Below are positions 39,572-48,219 of a stretch of 64,000 bases of DNA, piece after piece. The stretch comes from Spirulina sp. Lineage in GTDB: Bacteria; Cyanobacteriota; Cyanobacteriia; Phormidesmidales; Phormidesmidaceae. Location of the stretch: the NCBI GenBank assembly GCA_044070495.1, contig JBIPSI010000001.1:64001-128000 (forward strand). Direction: 5' to 3'. The notes under the pieces were generated by a model. That model was not told where the DNA came from, did not search any database, and saw only the letters and a program-made list of their open reading frames with translations. The position numbers were made by a program, and so were the translations under genes. Each line of letters begins with the position of its first letter. The first letter of the stretch is position 1.

Positions 39572-39961
39572 ATGACTCTTCTGCTTGATACTCACGCCCT
39601 GATCTGGTTTCTCGATAACGATACCCGACTCCCTGCTCTTACCCGCACCCAAATTGAAACCACACCCACTGTTTTTGTCAGCATTGCTTCTCTTTGGGAA
39701 ATTGCTATCAAGGCCAACATTGGTAAACTCGCTCTCTCTGCCCCGTTTAGCACTCTTGAGCCTAACTTGGTAGCCTTGGGTATTACGTCATTGCCTATCA
39801 CGTTCAAAGACTTGGAGGTTTATCTATCGTTGCCTCTGCACCACCGTGATCCTTTTGACAGAGTCCTTATTGCCCAGGCTATCAATCATAATCTGTTCCT
39901 TGTCAGCCAGGATAGCCAGATGGATGCCTACCCGATCCAGCGCCTCTGGGAACCTCAGTAA
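39572..39961 (+). CDS. VapC (PIN domain) toxin
   Basis: LLLDTHALIW, SIASLWEIAIK, HHRDPFDRVLIAQA motifs. Confidence 0.92.
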   Translation: MTLLLDTHALIWFLDNDTRLPALTRTQIETTPTVFVSIASLWEIAIKANIGKLALSAPFSTLEPNLVALGITSLPITFKDLEVYLSLPLHHRDPFDRVLIAQAINHNLFLVSQDSQMDAYPIQRLWEPQ

Positions 39962-40028
39962 GGTTGACAGTGAAAACCAAGTGGTTATTTTGGGCAGATG
40001 CCAGCACCGCAAAAGCGTTTACGGCTAA
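39960..40028 (+). pseudogene. C-terminal fragment of a RelE/ParE-like toxin
   Basis: KVDSENQVVILGRCQHRKSVYG* resembles the RelE C-terminal pattern (V.I..I.HR..VY). Confidence 0.5.
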
Positions 40029-40041
40029 CCCCAGAACTACC

Positions 40042-40139
40042 GTAGGATGGATGATTGAAGTGTAGTCCATGCAATGAGTTTCTTAAGGAAAGAATTTCAT
40101 GAATGTTGATGCGTTACGCTGTCGCTAACGTATCCTAAG
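40042..40139. repeat. Degenerate GTAG REP doublet
   Basis: GTAGGATG... and GATGCGTTACGCTGTCGCTAACGTATCCTA. Confidence 0.5.
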
Positions 40140-40321
40140 AACTAGGGACGGCTATCCCGACTGAACCATGCTAGAAAACCGACCTTATAAATAGCCTCTA
40201 ATACGTTACATTATTACCAATATATTCTACAAGTCTTTGTCATTCGATCAAAACAGTTTCTCATGATGAATCATCCACCTATTCAGTACTGATATTAGTC
40301 TATTTGAGGAAAATAAAAACT

Positions 40322-41083
40322 ATGGAAGACAATTTCAAGAAGAGACAAGACTTAGTCAAAATAATTGAAAGACCAGCCTTAATTTTAGGCTTCATCTTAG
40401 ATTCTGCTGCTATTATTAAATGGCTCTTTAGCATAAGTTATACTGATAGCAACTTATCGAGCTTCACTAGTCCAGGAGTTGGATTTATACTATGGATTAT
40501 ACTAACCTATATATACTTCTGTTATTTAAACCTTCATTGGAAGAATAAAAGGAATAATAAAAAATACAAGAAAAAATATTCTGATGATTTTATTTCTTTT
40601 TTAACAGATGATTTGTTGTTAGATTTTTGCGAACCGCTTCTCTTACTACCTGGATTAATCACGATCATCTTTTTAGTTCTGATCGTAATTTCCGCTGATT
40701 TATTACTGCTTCTTATCTGGGCACTACCAGTTATCTTAAGCCTATATGTAAAATTATCTATTCGAGGAAAAGAGAGAATCGGCTTTGTTGCTAGAGAGAA
40801 AATAGATAATAAATGGGATAATCTGAAATATCAGATATTAATGCTTTTCGACGCAAAAAATGTTCGTTGGCTGTGCAAGGATGACATCAAATTAATTTTA
40901 ATCAGGCAAAATATACCTTTCAAAGAAGGTGTATTCTGGTATATTTTTCAACGCCTTTCAAGTGAAGAAAAAGACCTCAAATACGGGTATATACGCAACA
41001 CGCAGAATAAATCATTAGTCACTTTTGAAAAAGTCCTTGCATCCAAAAGTCGATTGCAGGAAAACTATATGTGCATAGGATAA
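40322..41083 (+). CDS. Hypothetical AT-rich membrane protein
   Basis: About 250-aa ORF with 3-4 TM segments in very AT-rich DNA. Confidence 0.65.
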   Translation: MEDNFKKRQDLVKIIERPALILGFILDSAAIIKWLFSISYTDSNLSSFTSPGVGFILWIILTYIYFCYLNLHWKNKRNNKKYKKKYSDDFISFLTDDLLLDFCEPLLLLPGLITIIFLVLIVISADLLLLLIWALPVILSLYVKLSIRGKERIGFVAREKIDNKWDNLKYQILMLFDAKNVRWLCKDDIKLILIRQNIPFKEGVFWYIFQRLSSEEKDLKYGYIRNTQNKSLVTFEKVLASKSRLQENYMCIG

Positions 41084-41142
41084 TTTGTTACTAACATACC
41101 ATTCATATCTGAAGTGTACATCGTTCTCTTGCACTCCACAAA

Positions 41143-41721
41143 CTATTTTCGGCTTTCCAGAGCAGAGGTGGAATTCTCTGTCATTATTCCCATTAGCTCC
41201 TTTCTTACCCTGAAGTTGTTCTCTGTAGCAATACACGCATTTAGTTTATTAAGAATATGCTCCCTAATATTGTAGTGAATAGAAAACTCTCTCTTGTAAT
41301 GTTTAAAGACTGAGATTTTGTTGTTGAAGATTGTAATAACTGCATAGGCAAATTTAAAATCATGAAGTGAGTCTGCATGAGTGATTTGAATTGCTAGAAG
41401 CTTAAGTTGTTCTGACATCTCATAAGCTTGCTCCTGATTTAGTCCATGATCTTTATAGTGAAAAAGGATTATTTCGGATAGCCATTGAGCATGTTTGGCA
41501 GCATTTTGGATTTCATGTTGAGCCTTCTCAACTGGATATAAGAGTCGGTCAAGAAGTAATTGCTTGACGTATTCGTTCTTGAGACTAGAGTTCTCAATGA
41601 TTTGAAGATCCTTCATTCTACGTTCATGTTCACGTCTATCCTTTGCACCTATCTCCTCAATGATTGAATCTAGAAGTCCTGCAATCATTGAGGCTGGCAT
41701 ATCAATACCTGAAATCATCAT
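41143..41721 (-). CDS. Hypothetical helical protein
   Basis: 192-aa ORF, AAGGA upstream; no recognised motif. Confidence 0.65.
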   Translation of the reverse strand: MMISGIDMPASMIAGLLDSIIEEIGAKDRREHERRMKDLQIIENSSLKNEYVKQLLLDRLLYPVEKAQHEIQNAAKHAQWLSEIILFHYKDHGLNQEQAYEMSEQLKLLAIQITHADSLHDFKFAYAVITIFNNKISVFKHYKREFSIHYNIREHILNKLNACIATENNFRVRKELMGIMTENSTSALESRK

Positions 41722-41754
41722 GGATCAATTCCTTAAGACACGAGTAATAAGTTG

Positions 41755-42111
41755 TTAGTCGATGAAATCTACAGAAGGTGCGACTCGATAGGTAGTGACT
41801 CGTGTTCTTGAGTCATAACTGGCAGGCCACACCAGAACATAGATTTTGGTTTGGCTATTTCGATATATCCATTCTGCAGAACAAACTCGATTGCCACATA
41901 AAAGTTCGGGAAACTCAGGAGCAGGGAATTCTGCCCGGATAGGTTGCCATCCCTTGTTTAGCAACTCACTTCGATATGTCGAGTAGCTAGGCATACTATC
42001 GTAAGGAATTGAGGGGCCATCATAAGGGGATGATAGCTGAGCCTGTATTGGCTGACCAAATACCAACACTACTAAAGAGGTTACTAGTAAACCAAAAATA
42101 AATCTTTTCAA
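41755..42111 (-). CDS. Hypothetical secreted protein
   Basis: Signal peptide then R..LL.KGWQP...FPELLC...C..EW; TTG start with AGGA upstream. Confidence 0.65.
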   Translation of the reverse strand: MKRFIFGLLVTSLVVLVFGQPIQAQLSSPYDGPSIPYDSMPSYSTYRSELLNKGWQPIRAEFPAPEFPELLCGNRVCSAEWIYRNSQTKIYVLVWPASYDSRTRVTTYRVAPSVDFID

Positions 42112-42363
42112 GGCCAGTTCCTATTCTATGGTTAATCAGATGTTCACAGATAGAATCAGGTATCAGGATAAGGAGCGAATATAATTTACCCTACACCCAA
42201 CCCACACTCGTGGTTTAGCTATTCAACCTAGCCAAAGCTAACGGCCTGTGCCATAGGTTTGGCTAGGAGAACTACTCCTATGTTACCCATATCCACATCT
42301 AGACCATCGAGAGGGTTGAGTAACTTTGCTTTAGAAACTTAAAGTTTTGTCTCGCCCTGTAAT

Positions 42364-42573
42364 CTAGGCTGTTTGGGGCAAGGGCGCATAGTAAAGCTGC
42401 ATCAGTTGACTAGCCTCAAGAGTTTCAACGGCGTAGGTTTTACCCTTGAGATCAACAAACTCCACTTCAAAGACCGTTGGCTCGTAGACTTCGATGATGG
42501 TGCCTACCTGACCTTTAGATAAACCTAAATCGGGTAGATTTTGAGTCAGTGCGACTACATCTAACACTTTCAT
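42364..42573 (-). CDS. DUF4926-like protein (copy 2)
   Basis: Same length as and near-identical to 37174-37383; GGAGG RBS. Confidence 0.85.
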   Translation of the reverse strand: MKVLDVVALTQNLPDLGLSKGQVGTIIEVYEPTVFEVEFVDLKGKTYAVETLEASQLMQLYYAPLPQTA

Positions 42574-42590
42574 GTCGCTCAACCTCCATT

Positions 42591-42923
42591 TTAAGGAATA
42601 TAACAAGTCACCAATCGAGGAAAGTCCTCATCAAATCTCACTATCCAAACACTCCTAACCAAGGCCGTTTTACCCCTGCGAGTCATTTCAAAATCGATTT
42701 GATACTTCTGTCCATAGGCATTGCGTCTGGTTGGAATGGCTTCATAGGTTCTGATTACCTCATTCAAAGCATCTCTCAACTCTTGAGCATTACTTAGACT
42801 GATTCCTAGGGCAGATTGAAAAACCAACGCCTTATGCCGACCCTCAGAATGATTGGGGTTCAGTGAGTAGCCTTCCAGTTTATCTGTAGGGAGAATCGCC
42901 CTATCAGGATTAGGTAGTTTCAC
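42591..42923 (-). CDS. DUF6883-like putative toxin domain protein
   Basis: KLPNPDRA..DKLEGYSLNPNH.EG.HKA.VF..ALG...YGQKY...W....PRLVTCY, upstream of DUF4926. Confidence 0.75.
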   Translation of the reverse strand: MKLPNPDRAILPTDKLEGYSLNPNHSEGRHKALVFQSALGISLSNAQELRDALNEVIRTYEAIPTRRNAYGQKYQIDFEMTRRGKTALVRSVWIVRFDEDFPRLVTCYIP

Positions 42924-43003
42924 AAGTGGGCCATAGACTGTTCTGAAAAAAATGACGGGTCTGAGGGAAAGATTGGTCAAGCACCCGAATCTATCTTAGC
43001 CAG

Positions 43004-43044
43004 AAAAAATAAGGGATGAGCATGGCCTAAACCACACCCACCCC
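43004..43044 (-). terminator. Rho-independent terminator of ppsA
   Basis: GGGTGGGTGTGG-loop-CCATGCTCATCCC followed by TTATTTTTT on the minus strand. Confidence 0.65.
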
Positions 43045-43077
43045 AGAAGTTAGCTATTCAGCTTAGCCAGCGTAACC

Positions 43078-45603
43078 CTAGCCCACGCGGTCTTCGGTTT
43101 TGGCGATTTCCAGCATGGTTTTCAGCACCGTGTCGGGGTTGAGGCTAATGGAATCGATGCCCAGTTCCACCAGGAAGGCGGCGAATTCTGGGTAATCGCT
43201 GGGGGCCTGTCCGCAGATGCCGATCTTGCGTCCGGTGGCCTTGGCGCGGGTGATGACCTGGCGCACCAGTTCCTTCACCCCGGCGTTGCGTTCGTCAAAG
43301 ATGTGGGCCACCAGGGCAGAATCGCGATCCAGACCCAGGGTGAGCTGGGTGAGGTCGTTGGAGCCGATGGAGAAGCCATCGAAGACTTCGGCAAATTGGT
43401 CGGCCAGGATGACGTTGCTGGGAATCTCGCACATGACGTAGACTTCCAGGCCATTTTCGCCGCGCTTGAGGCCGTATTTTTCCATGGTTTCTAGCACGCG
43501 CTTGCCCTCTTCGGGGGTGCGGCAGAAGGGAATCATGGGGATGACGTTGGTGAGGCCCATGTCATCGCGGACGCGCTTGATCGCCTTACACTCTAGGCCG
43601 TAGGCTTCGGTGTACTTGGGATCGTAGTAGCGAGATGCGCCGCGCCAGCCGATCATTGGGTTTTCTTCGTGGGGTTCAAACTCACGACCGCCGATCAGGT
43701 TGGCGTACTCGTTGCTCTTGAAGTCCGACATGCGGACAACAACGGGGTTGGGATAGAAGGCGGCGGCGATCATCCCCACGCCCGTGGCCAGTTTGTCTAC
43801 AAAGAACTCTGGCTTGTTGTCGTAGTTGGCGGTGAGCTGGGAGATTTCCCACTTGGCGGCCTTGTCTTCGAGCTGGTCGAAGTTCATCAGGGCCAGGGGA
43901 TGAGCCTTGATATGGTTGGCGATGATGAATTCCAACCGGGCGAGGCCAACGCCATCGCAGGGAATGGCGGATAGGCCAAAGGCTTCTTCCGGGTTGCCCA
44001 CGTTCATCAGGATCTTGGTGCGGGTGCGGGGCAGGTTATCCAGGGGCGTTTCGATCACCTCGAAGGGCACCATCCCGGCGTAGACCCGACCTTCTTCACC
44101 CTCGGCACAGGAGACCGTTACTTCCTGTCCCGGCTTGATTACCTCCGTGGCATCGCCGCAGCCGACGATCGCAGGGATGCCCATTTCCCGCGCAATGATA
44201 GCGGCGTGGCAGGTGCGCCCACCCTGGTTGGTGATGATGGCGCTGGATTTTTTCATGATCGGTTCCCAGTCGGGGTCGGTCTTGTTGGTGACCAGCACTT
44301 CCCCGTCTTGGAACTCGGCGATGCGGTGCACATCCATGATCACGCGGGCCTTGCCTGCGCCGATCATTTCGCCCACGGCCCGTCCGGTGGTGATCACATC
44401 GCTGGTGCCTTGCAGCTTGTAGTTTTTGATCACATTACCGGATTTTTGGGACTGCACCGTTTCAGGCCGCGCCTGCACAATGTAAAGTTCCCCGGTCATG
44501 CCGTCCTTGGCCCACTCAATATCCATCGGGGTTTCTTTGCCCCGGTGAGCGCTGTAGTGATCTTCAATAATGCAGGCCCACTTGGCTAGGGTGAGGGCTT
44601 CATCGTCGCTGATGCAGAACTTCTTGCGGTCGGGGTCGGCTACGGGCACGTTCTTGGTTTCCTTGCCGCCACCGATGTCGTAGATCATTTTGATCTCTTT
44701 GCTGCCCAGACGCTTGTTCAGGATGGGGCGCTTGCCATCCTTGAGGGTGGGCTTAAACACAAAGTATTCATCGGGGTTGACGGCCCCCTGCACCACGTTT
44801 TCGCCCAAGCCGTAGGCAGCGGTGATCAACGCAGCATTCTTAAACCCGGTTTCTGTATCAATAGAGAACATCACCCCGGAGGTAGCCATGTCGGAGCGCA
44901 CCATCTTCTGCACACCCACCGACAGGGCAACGGAAAATTCGTCGAAGCCGTCGATCCGTTCGGCGTACTGGTGGCGGTAGGAGATGGCCCGGTCGGTGAA
45001 TAGCGACGCAAAGCACTTGTGGCAGGCTTCTACCACGCCCTTGACGCCGTGGACGTTCAGGTAGGTTTCCTGCTGTCCGGCAAAGCTGGCATCGGGCAGG
45101 TCTTCCGCCGTGGCGCTAGACCGCACCGCCACATCCAGATCGCTGGAAAACTTGCGGCACTCGTCGGCATACTCGCCTTCAAACCGCTCGCAGAATTCCT
45201 GATCCTGACCGTAGCGTTCGCACAGCCGTAGGTAGGCGCTACTAATCGCCGCTTCCAGTTCGGGAGGGAAGGGGGTGTTCATCACCATGGAGCGAGCCTG
45301 CTTGCCCCGCGCCCGCAGATCCAGCACATCATCGAGATCCAGTTCGGCAAACAGTTCGCGGAGCTGCGATTCCAGCCCGGCTTTTTCAATAAAGTAGCGG
45401 TAGGCAAAGGCGGTGGTGGCAAAGCCCGTGGGCACATTCACGCCCTTAGAGCCAAGCTGCTGAATCATTTCTCCTAGGGAGGCGTTTTTGCCGCCCACCA
45501 GAGGAATATCATCAATGCCGACTTCCTCAAACCAGAGGATAAAGGAATTTTCCTTCGATTGTTGACTGGAGAGGTTGCCTTCTGGACGATGGGATAGCAC
45601 CAT
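43078..45603 (-). CDS. ppsA: Phosphoenolpyruvate synthase
   Basis: VGGKNASLGEM, AVRSSATAED, GGRTCHAAI, FSIGSNDLTQ, CGQAPSD motifs. Confidence 0.97.
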   Translation of the reverse strand: MVLSHRPEGNLSSQQSKENSFILWFEEVGIDDIPLVGGKNASLGEMIQQLGSKGVNVPTGFATTAFAYRYFIEKAGLESQLRELFAELDLDDVLDLRARGKQARSMVMNTPFPPELEAAISSAYLRLCERYGQDQEFCERFEGEYADECRKFSSDLDVAVRSSATAEDLPDASFAGQQETYLNVHGVKGVVEACHKCFASLFTDRAISYRHQYAERIDGFDEFSVALSVGVQKMVRSDMATSGVMFSIDTETGFKNAALITAAYGLGENVVQGAVNPDEYFVFKPTLKDGKRPILNKRLGSKEIKMIYDIGGGKETKNVPVADPDRKKFCISDDEALTLAKWACIIEDHYSAHRGKETPMDIEWAKDGMTGELYIVQARPETVQSQKSGNVIKNYKLQGTSDVITTGRAVGEMIGAGKARVIMDVHRIAEFQDGEVLVTNKTDPDWEPIMKKSSAIITNQGGRTCHAAIIAREMGIPAIVGCGDATEVIKPGQEVTVSCAEGEEGRVYAGMVPFEVIETPLDNLPRTRTKILMNVGNPEEAFGLSAIPCDGVGLARLEFIIANHIKAHPLALMNFDQLEDKAAKWEISQLTANYDNKPEFFVDKLATGVGMIAAAFYPNPVVVRMSDFKSNEYANLIGGREFEPHEENPMIGWRGASRYYDPKYTEAYGLECKAIKRVRDDMGLTNVIPMIPFCRTPEEGKRVLETMEKYGLKRGENGLEVYVMCEIPSNVILADQFAEVFDGFSIGSNDLTQLTLGLDRDSALVAHIFDERNAGVKELVRQVITRAKATGRKIGICGQAPSDYPEFAAFLVELGIDSISLNPDTVLKTMLEIAKTEDRVG

Positions 45604-45788
45604 AATAAGTCTCCAAACGCAATAGGATCTGATCTGCGATGCCTAGGCACCACAAATTCACAAAAACAGAGTCAAAACGTAGCGGCTAAAGGCTGAAAAG
45701 TGTTGAGACAGCCTGGGCAACGTACTAAACTAACGACACAAAAAACTAGCCCAAAAGCTGTTTTCAATAGCTCTCAAGCGCTTTCGCT

Positions 45789-45822
45789 GGAAGGTAAAGC
45801 CATCAAATTTGCTTTACCTTCC
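45789..45822. terminator. Perfect 12-bp inverted repeat between the ABC operon and ppsA
   Basis: GGAAGGTAAAGC-N10-GCTTTACCTTCC; terminator or RNA stem. Confidence 0.45.
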
Positions 45823-45939
45823 TATCGTAGAATTTGCTTTGGTAAATGTCGCTACAATGACACGGTTTTTTAAGGTCTGCGTTTCAACTCTTAATCTTTT
45901 AGGAAAGCAAATGTTTTTAGCAAAAAGTAGTGATTAACC

Positions 45940-46887
45940 TCACTCTTCTTTACCCAAGGCTCCCGGTGCGCCGACCAGGGTCTGCTTGGGGGAACAAGTG
46001 AGGATCATAATCACCAAGGTCAAGATGTAGGGAGCGGCGTTGAACAGGTAGTAGTAGGCATTGATTCCCACAGACTGGAAGGCAGGGCCGAGGGCTTGGG
46101 TGCCCCCAAACAGCAGCGATGCCCACAGACATTGCCAGGGCTGCCAACGGGCAAAAATCACCAGGGCCACCGCCATCAAACCCTGGCCGCTGGAGATGCG
46201 CTCCGTCCACACGCCGGGGTAGTACAGAGACAGGGAAGCGCCGCCAATGCCCGCCAAAAAGCTGCCCATCACAATGCTGGCCATACGCACGTTAAAGATG
46301 GAAATCCCCATGGCCCGCGCCGCATCAGGGCTATCTCCCACCGCCCGCACATACAGCCCCCAGCGGGTGGATTTGAAAAACCAACTCATCAGCGGCACCC
46401 CCGCCACCCCCAGCAGAAAGAGCGGGCTAATTTGTAGGGCCGACTGCACCTGGGGAACACTGCTCCAGGCTCCAGCATTGAGGGTGGGCAACTGGGGGGC
46501 CTGGGGCTGAATGAAGGGCTTGCCCAGGAAGTTAGCGAGGCCACCGCCAAAGATGATCATGGCAATACCCACCGCCACATCGTTCACCCTCGGCTGTTGG
46601 GAAAGCCAGCCGTGGATGGCCCCCAACCCCATGCCCGCCACCCCCGCCGCCAGCACCCCCAGCCAAGGGGCTAAGGTAGGGCCAACAGTACCCGACGTCA
46701 GGTAGGAAATGGCATAGGCACTCATCGCCCCCATCAGCAGAGTGCCCTCCAGGCCCAGGTTAATTTTGCCGCTTTTTTCCGTCAGGCATTCCCCCAAACT
46801 CACGAACAAAAAGGGAACGCTACCCCGCAGGGTGCCTGCCAAAATACCGAGGGGAACCCCCCACCAGCCCAGTGCTTCTGCCGCCAT
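45940..46887 (-). CDS. ABC transporter permease (BMP/nucleoside-type)
   Basis: GE.LTEKSGKINLGLEG, G.GLMAVALVIFARW motifs. Confidence 0.9.
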   Translation of the reverse strand: MAAEALGWWGVPLGILAGTLRGSVPFLFVSLGECLTEKSGKINLGLEGTLLMGAMSAYAISYLTSGTVGPTLAPWLGVLAAGVAGMGLGAIHGWLSQQPRVNDVAVGIAMIIFGGGLANFLGKPFIQPQAPQLPTLNAGAWSSVPQVQSALQISPLFLLGVAGVPLMSWFFKSTRWGLYVRAVGDSPDAARAMGISIFNVRMASIVMGSFLAGIGGASLSLYYPGVWTERISSGQGLMAVALVIFARWQPWQCLWASLLFGGTQALGPAFQSVGINAYYYLFNAAPYILTLVIMILTCSPKQTLVGAPGALGKEE

Positions 46888-46934
46888 GGATAAACCTCTT
46901 GAGGATGGAAAATAAGACGCTTTGTAGATGAGTG

Positions 46935-47042
46935 GATCCCCCCTAGCCCCCCTTAATAAGGGGGGAACCGGATTCAAAGCTCCCGTTGGTCAGGAAGGAT
47001 TGGATTCAAAGTCCCCCTTTCCAAGGGGGATTTAGGGGGATC
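46935..47042. repeat. GATCCCCCTAAATCCCCC-family repeat (reverse orientation)
   Basis: GATCCCCCCTAGCCCCCCTT ... AAGGGGGATTTAGGGGGATC; a REP GTAGGGTGGGCAATGCC follows at 47072. Confidence 0.85.
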
Positions 47043-47114
47043 CCCAGGCTGGGGGTGAGGGCGATTAGACCGTAGGGTGGGCAATGCCAACCTAACGCCT
47101 ACGCCAAAACAGAC

Positions 47115-48203
47115 CTACGCCGAAACGCTGTTGCTGGGGGCAATCCGAGCCGGACGATCTTGGAAAATGGGAAACCGCCCGTAGAGGGAGTCGCTGAACA
47201 ACACACAGAGAAAAACAATGCCCTGGAAGACAAGCACCGTGGCATCGGGCAAATCGTGGGAACGTTGCAAAATGCCGCCGCTGGCCAAAATGCCCCCCAG
47301 CAGCACCGACACGACCACCATAGCCAATGGGTTATGGCGCGACACAAAGGCCACCAAAATCCCGGCATAGCCATAGTTCGAGACGATGGACTCGTTGAGC
47401 CGTCGCTGCACCGCCGCAATTTCCACCATGCCCGCCAGCCCTGCACAGGAACCGCCCAAAAAGCAGATGGCTAGGGTGAGTTTGCCCACGGGCAACCCCG
47501 CCATGCGGGCGGCGCGTACATTCCCCCCGGCGGTGCGGGCCGCAAAGCCAAAGGTGGTGCGCTGTATCAGCACGTAGGCCAGAATACAGGCGACGACGCC
47601 ATAGATCAGGCCGTAGTGGATGCGGGTGGTGGGCAGATTGCCCAGCCAGGCCGCCTGAACGATCTCGAAACTGGAGGGCTTGGTGACAAAGCTGGGATCC
47701 CTTAGGGGGCCTTGCACTAGGTGGTTCAGCAGGGCGATGGCGATGTAGTTCATCAACAAACTGCTGATGGTTTCGTTGACACCGCGATAGTGACGCAGGG
47801 CACCTACGGCCATAATCCACAGCCCCCCAGCCCCCAGCGCCGCTAGGGCCATGGCTATCAAGACTAGAAATCCCGGCAGGGCTGACCCCAAGCCGAGTCC
47901 GGTCAGGGTGGCGGCGAGGGCACCGATTACCAACGCACCTTCGTTACCAATCACCACCAGCCCCAAACGGGCAGGCAGGGCGGTACAGAGGGCGGTGAGC
48001 ATGAGGGGCGAGGCCCGTAACAGGGTATTCTGCCAAGCGCTCCAACTGCCGAAGGCGGCTTTGTAGATGGAGCCATAGACCGCAAAGGGGTTGGCCCCCG
48101 CTAGGGCGCAGAAAACCCCAAAAATCAGCAGGGCTGCCAGCACCGCCCCCGCTGGAATCACGACGGCTTCGAGGGAACGCCGCCAGGGTTGGGTTGAAAT
48201 CAT
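47115..48203 (-). CDS. ABC transporter permease
   Basis: IGNEGA, NETISSLLMNY, YGYAGILVAF motifs. Confidence 0.9.
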   Translation of the reverse strand: MISTQPWRRSLEAVVIPAGAVLAALLIFGVFCALAGANPFAVYGSIYKAAFGSWSAWQNTLLRASPLMLTALCTALPARLGLVVIGNEGALVIGALAATLTGLGLGSALPGFLVLIAMALAALGAGGLWIMAVGALRHYRGVNETISSLLMNYIAIALLNHLVQGPLRDPSFVTKPSSFEIVQAAWLGNLPTTRIHYGLIYGVVACILAYVLIQRTTFGFAARTAGGNVRAARMAGLPVGKLTLAICFLGGSCAGLAGMVEIAAVQRRLNESIVSNYGYAGILVAFVSRHNPLAMVVVSVLLGGILASGGILQRSHDLPDATVLVFQGIVFLCVLFSDSLYGRFPIFQDRPARIAPSNSVSA

Positions 48204-48219
48204 AGGTTGGATGCCTCGC

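Noticed and set aside
36744..43003. Integron cassette array or prophage
   Set aside because: No integrase, no recurring attC-like palindromes between genes, mixed orientations and no phage genes
43078..45603. Intein in PpsA
   Set aside because: The length (841 aa) is normal apart from a short insertion; no intein splice motifs or homing endonuclease were seen
46888..46977. N-terminal extension MNPVPPLLRGARGD of the permease ORF
   Set aside because: It is encoded by the dispersed repeat; the likely start is the ATG at 46887
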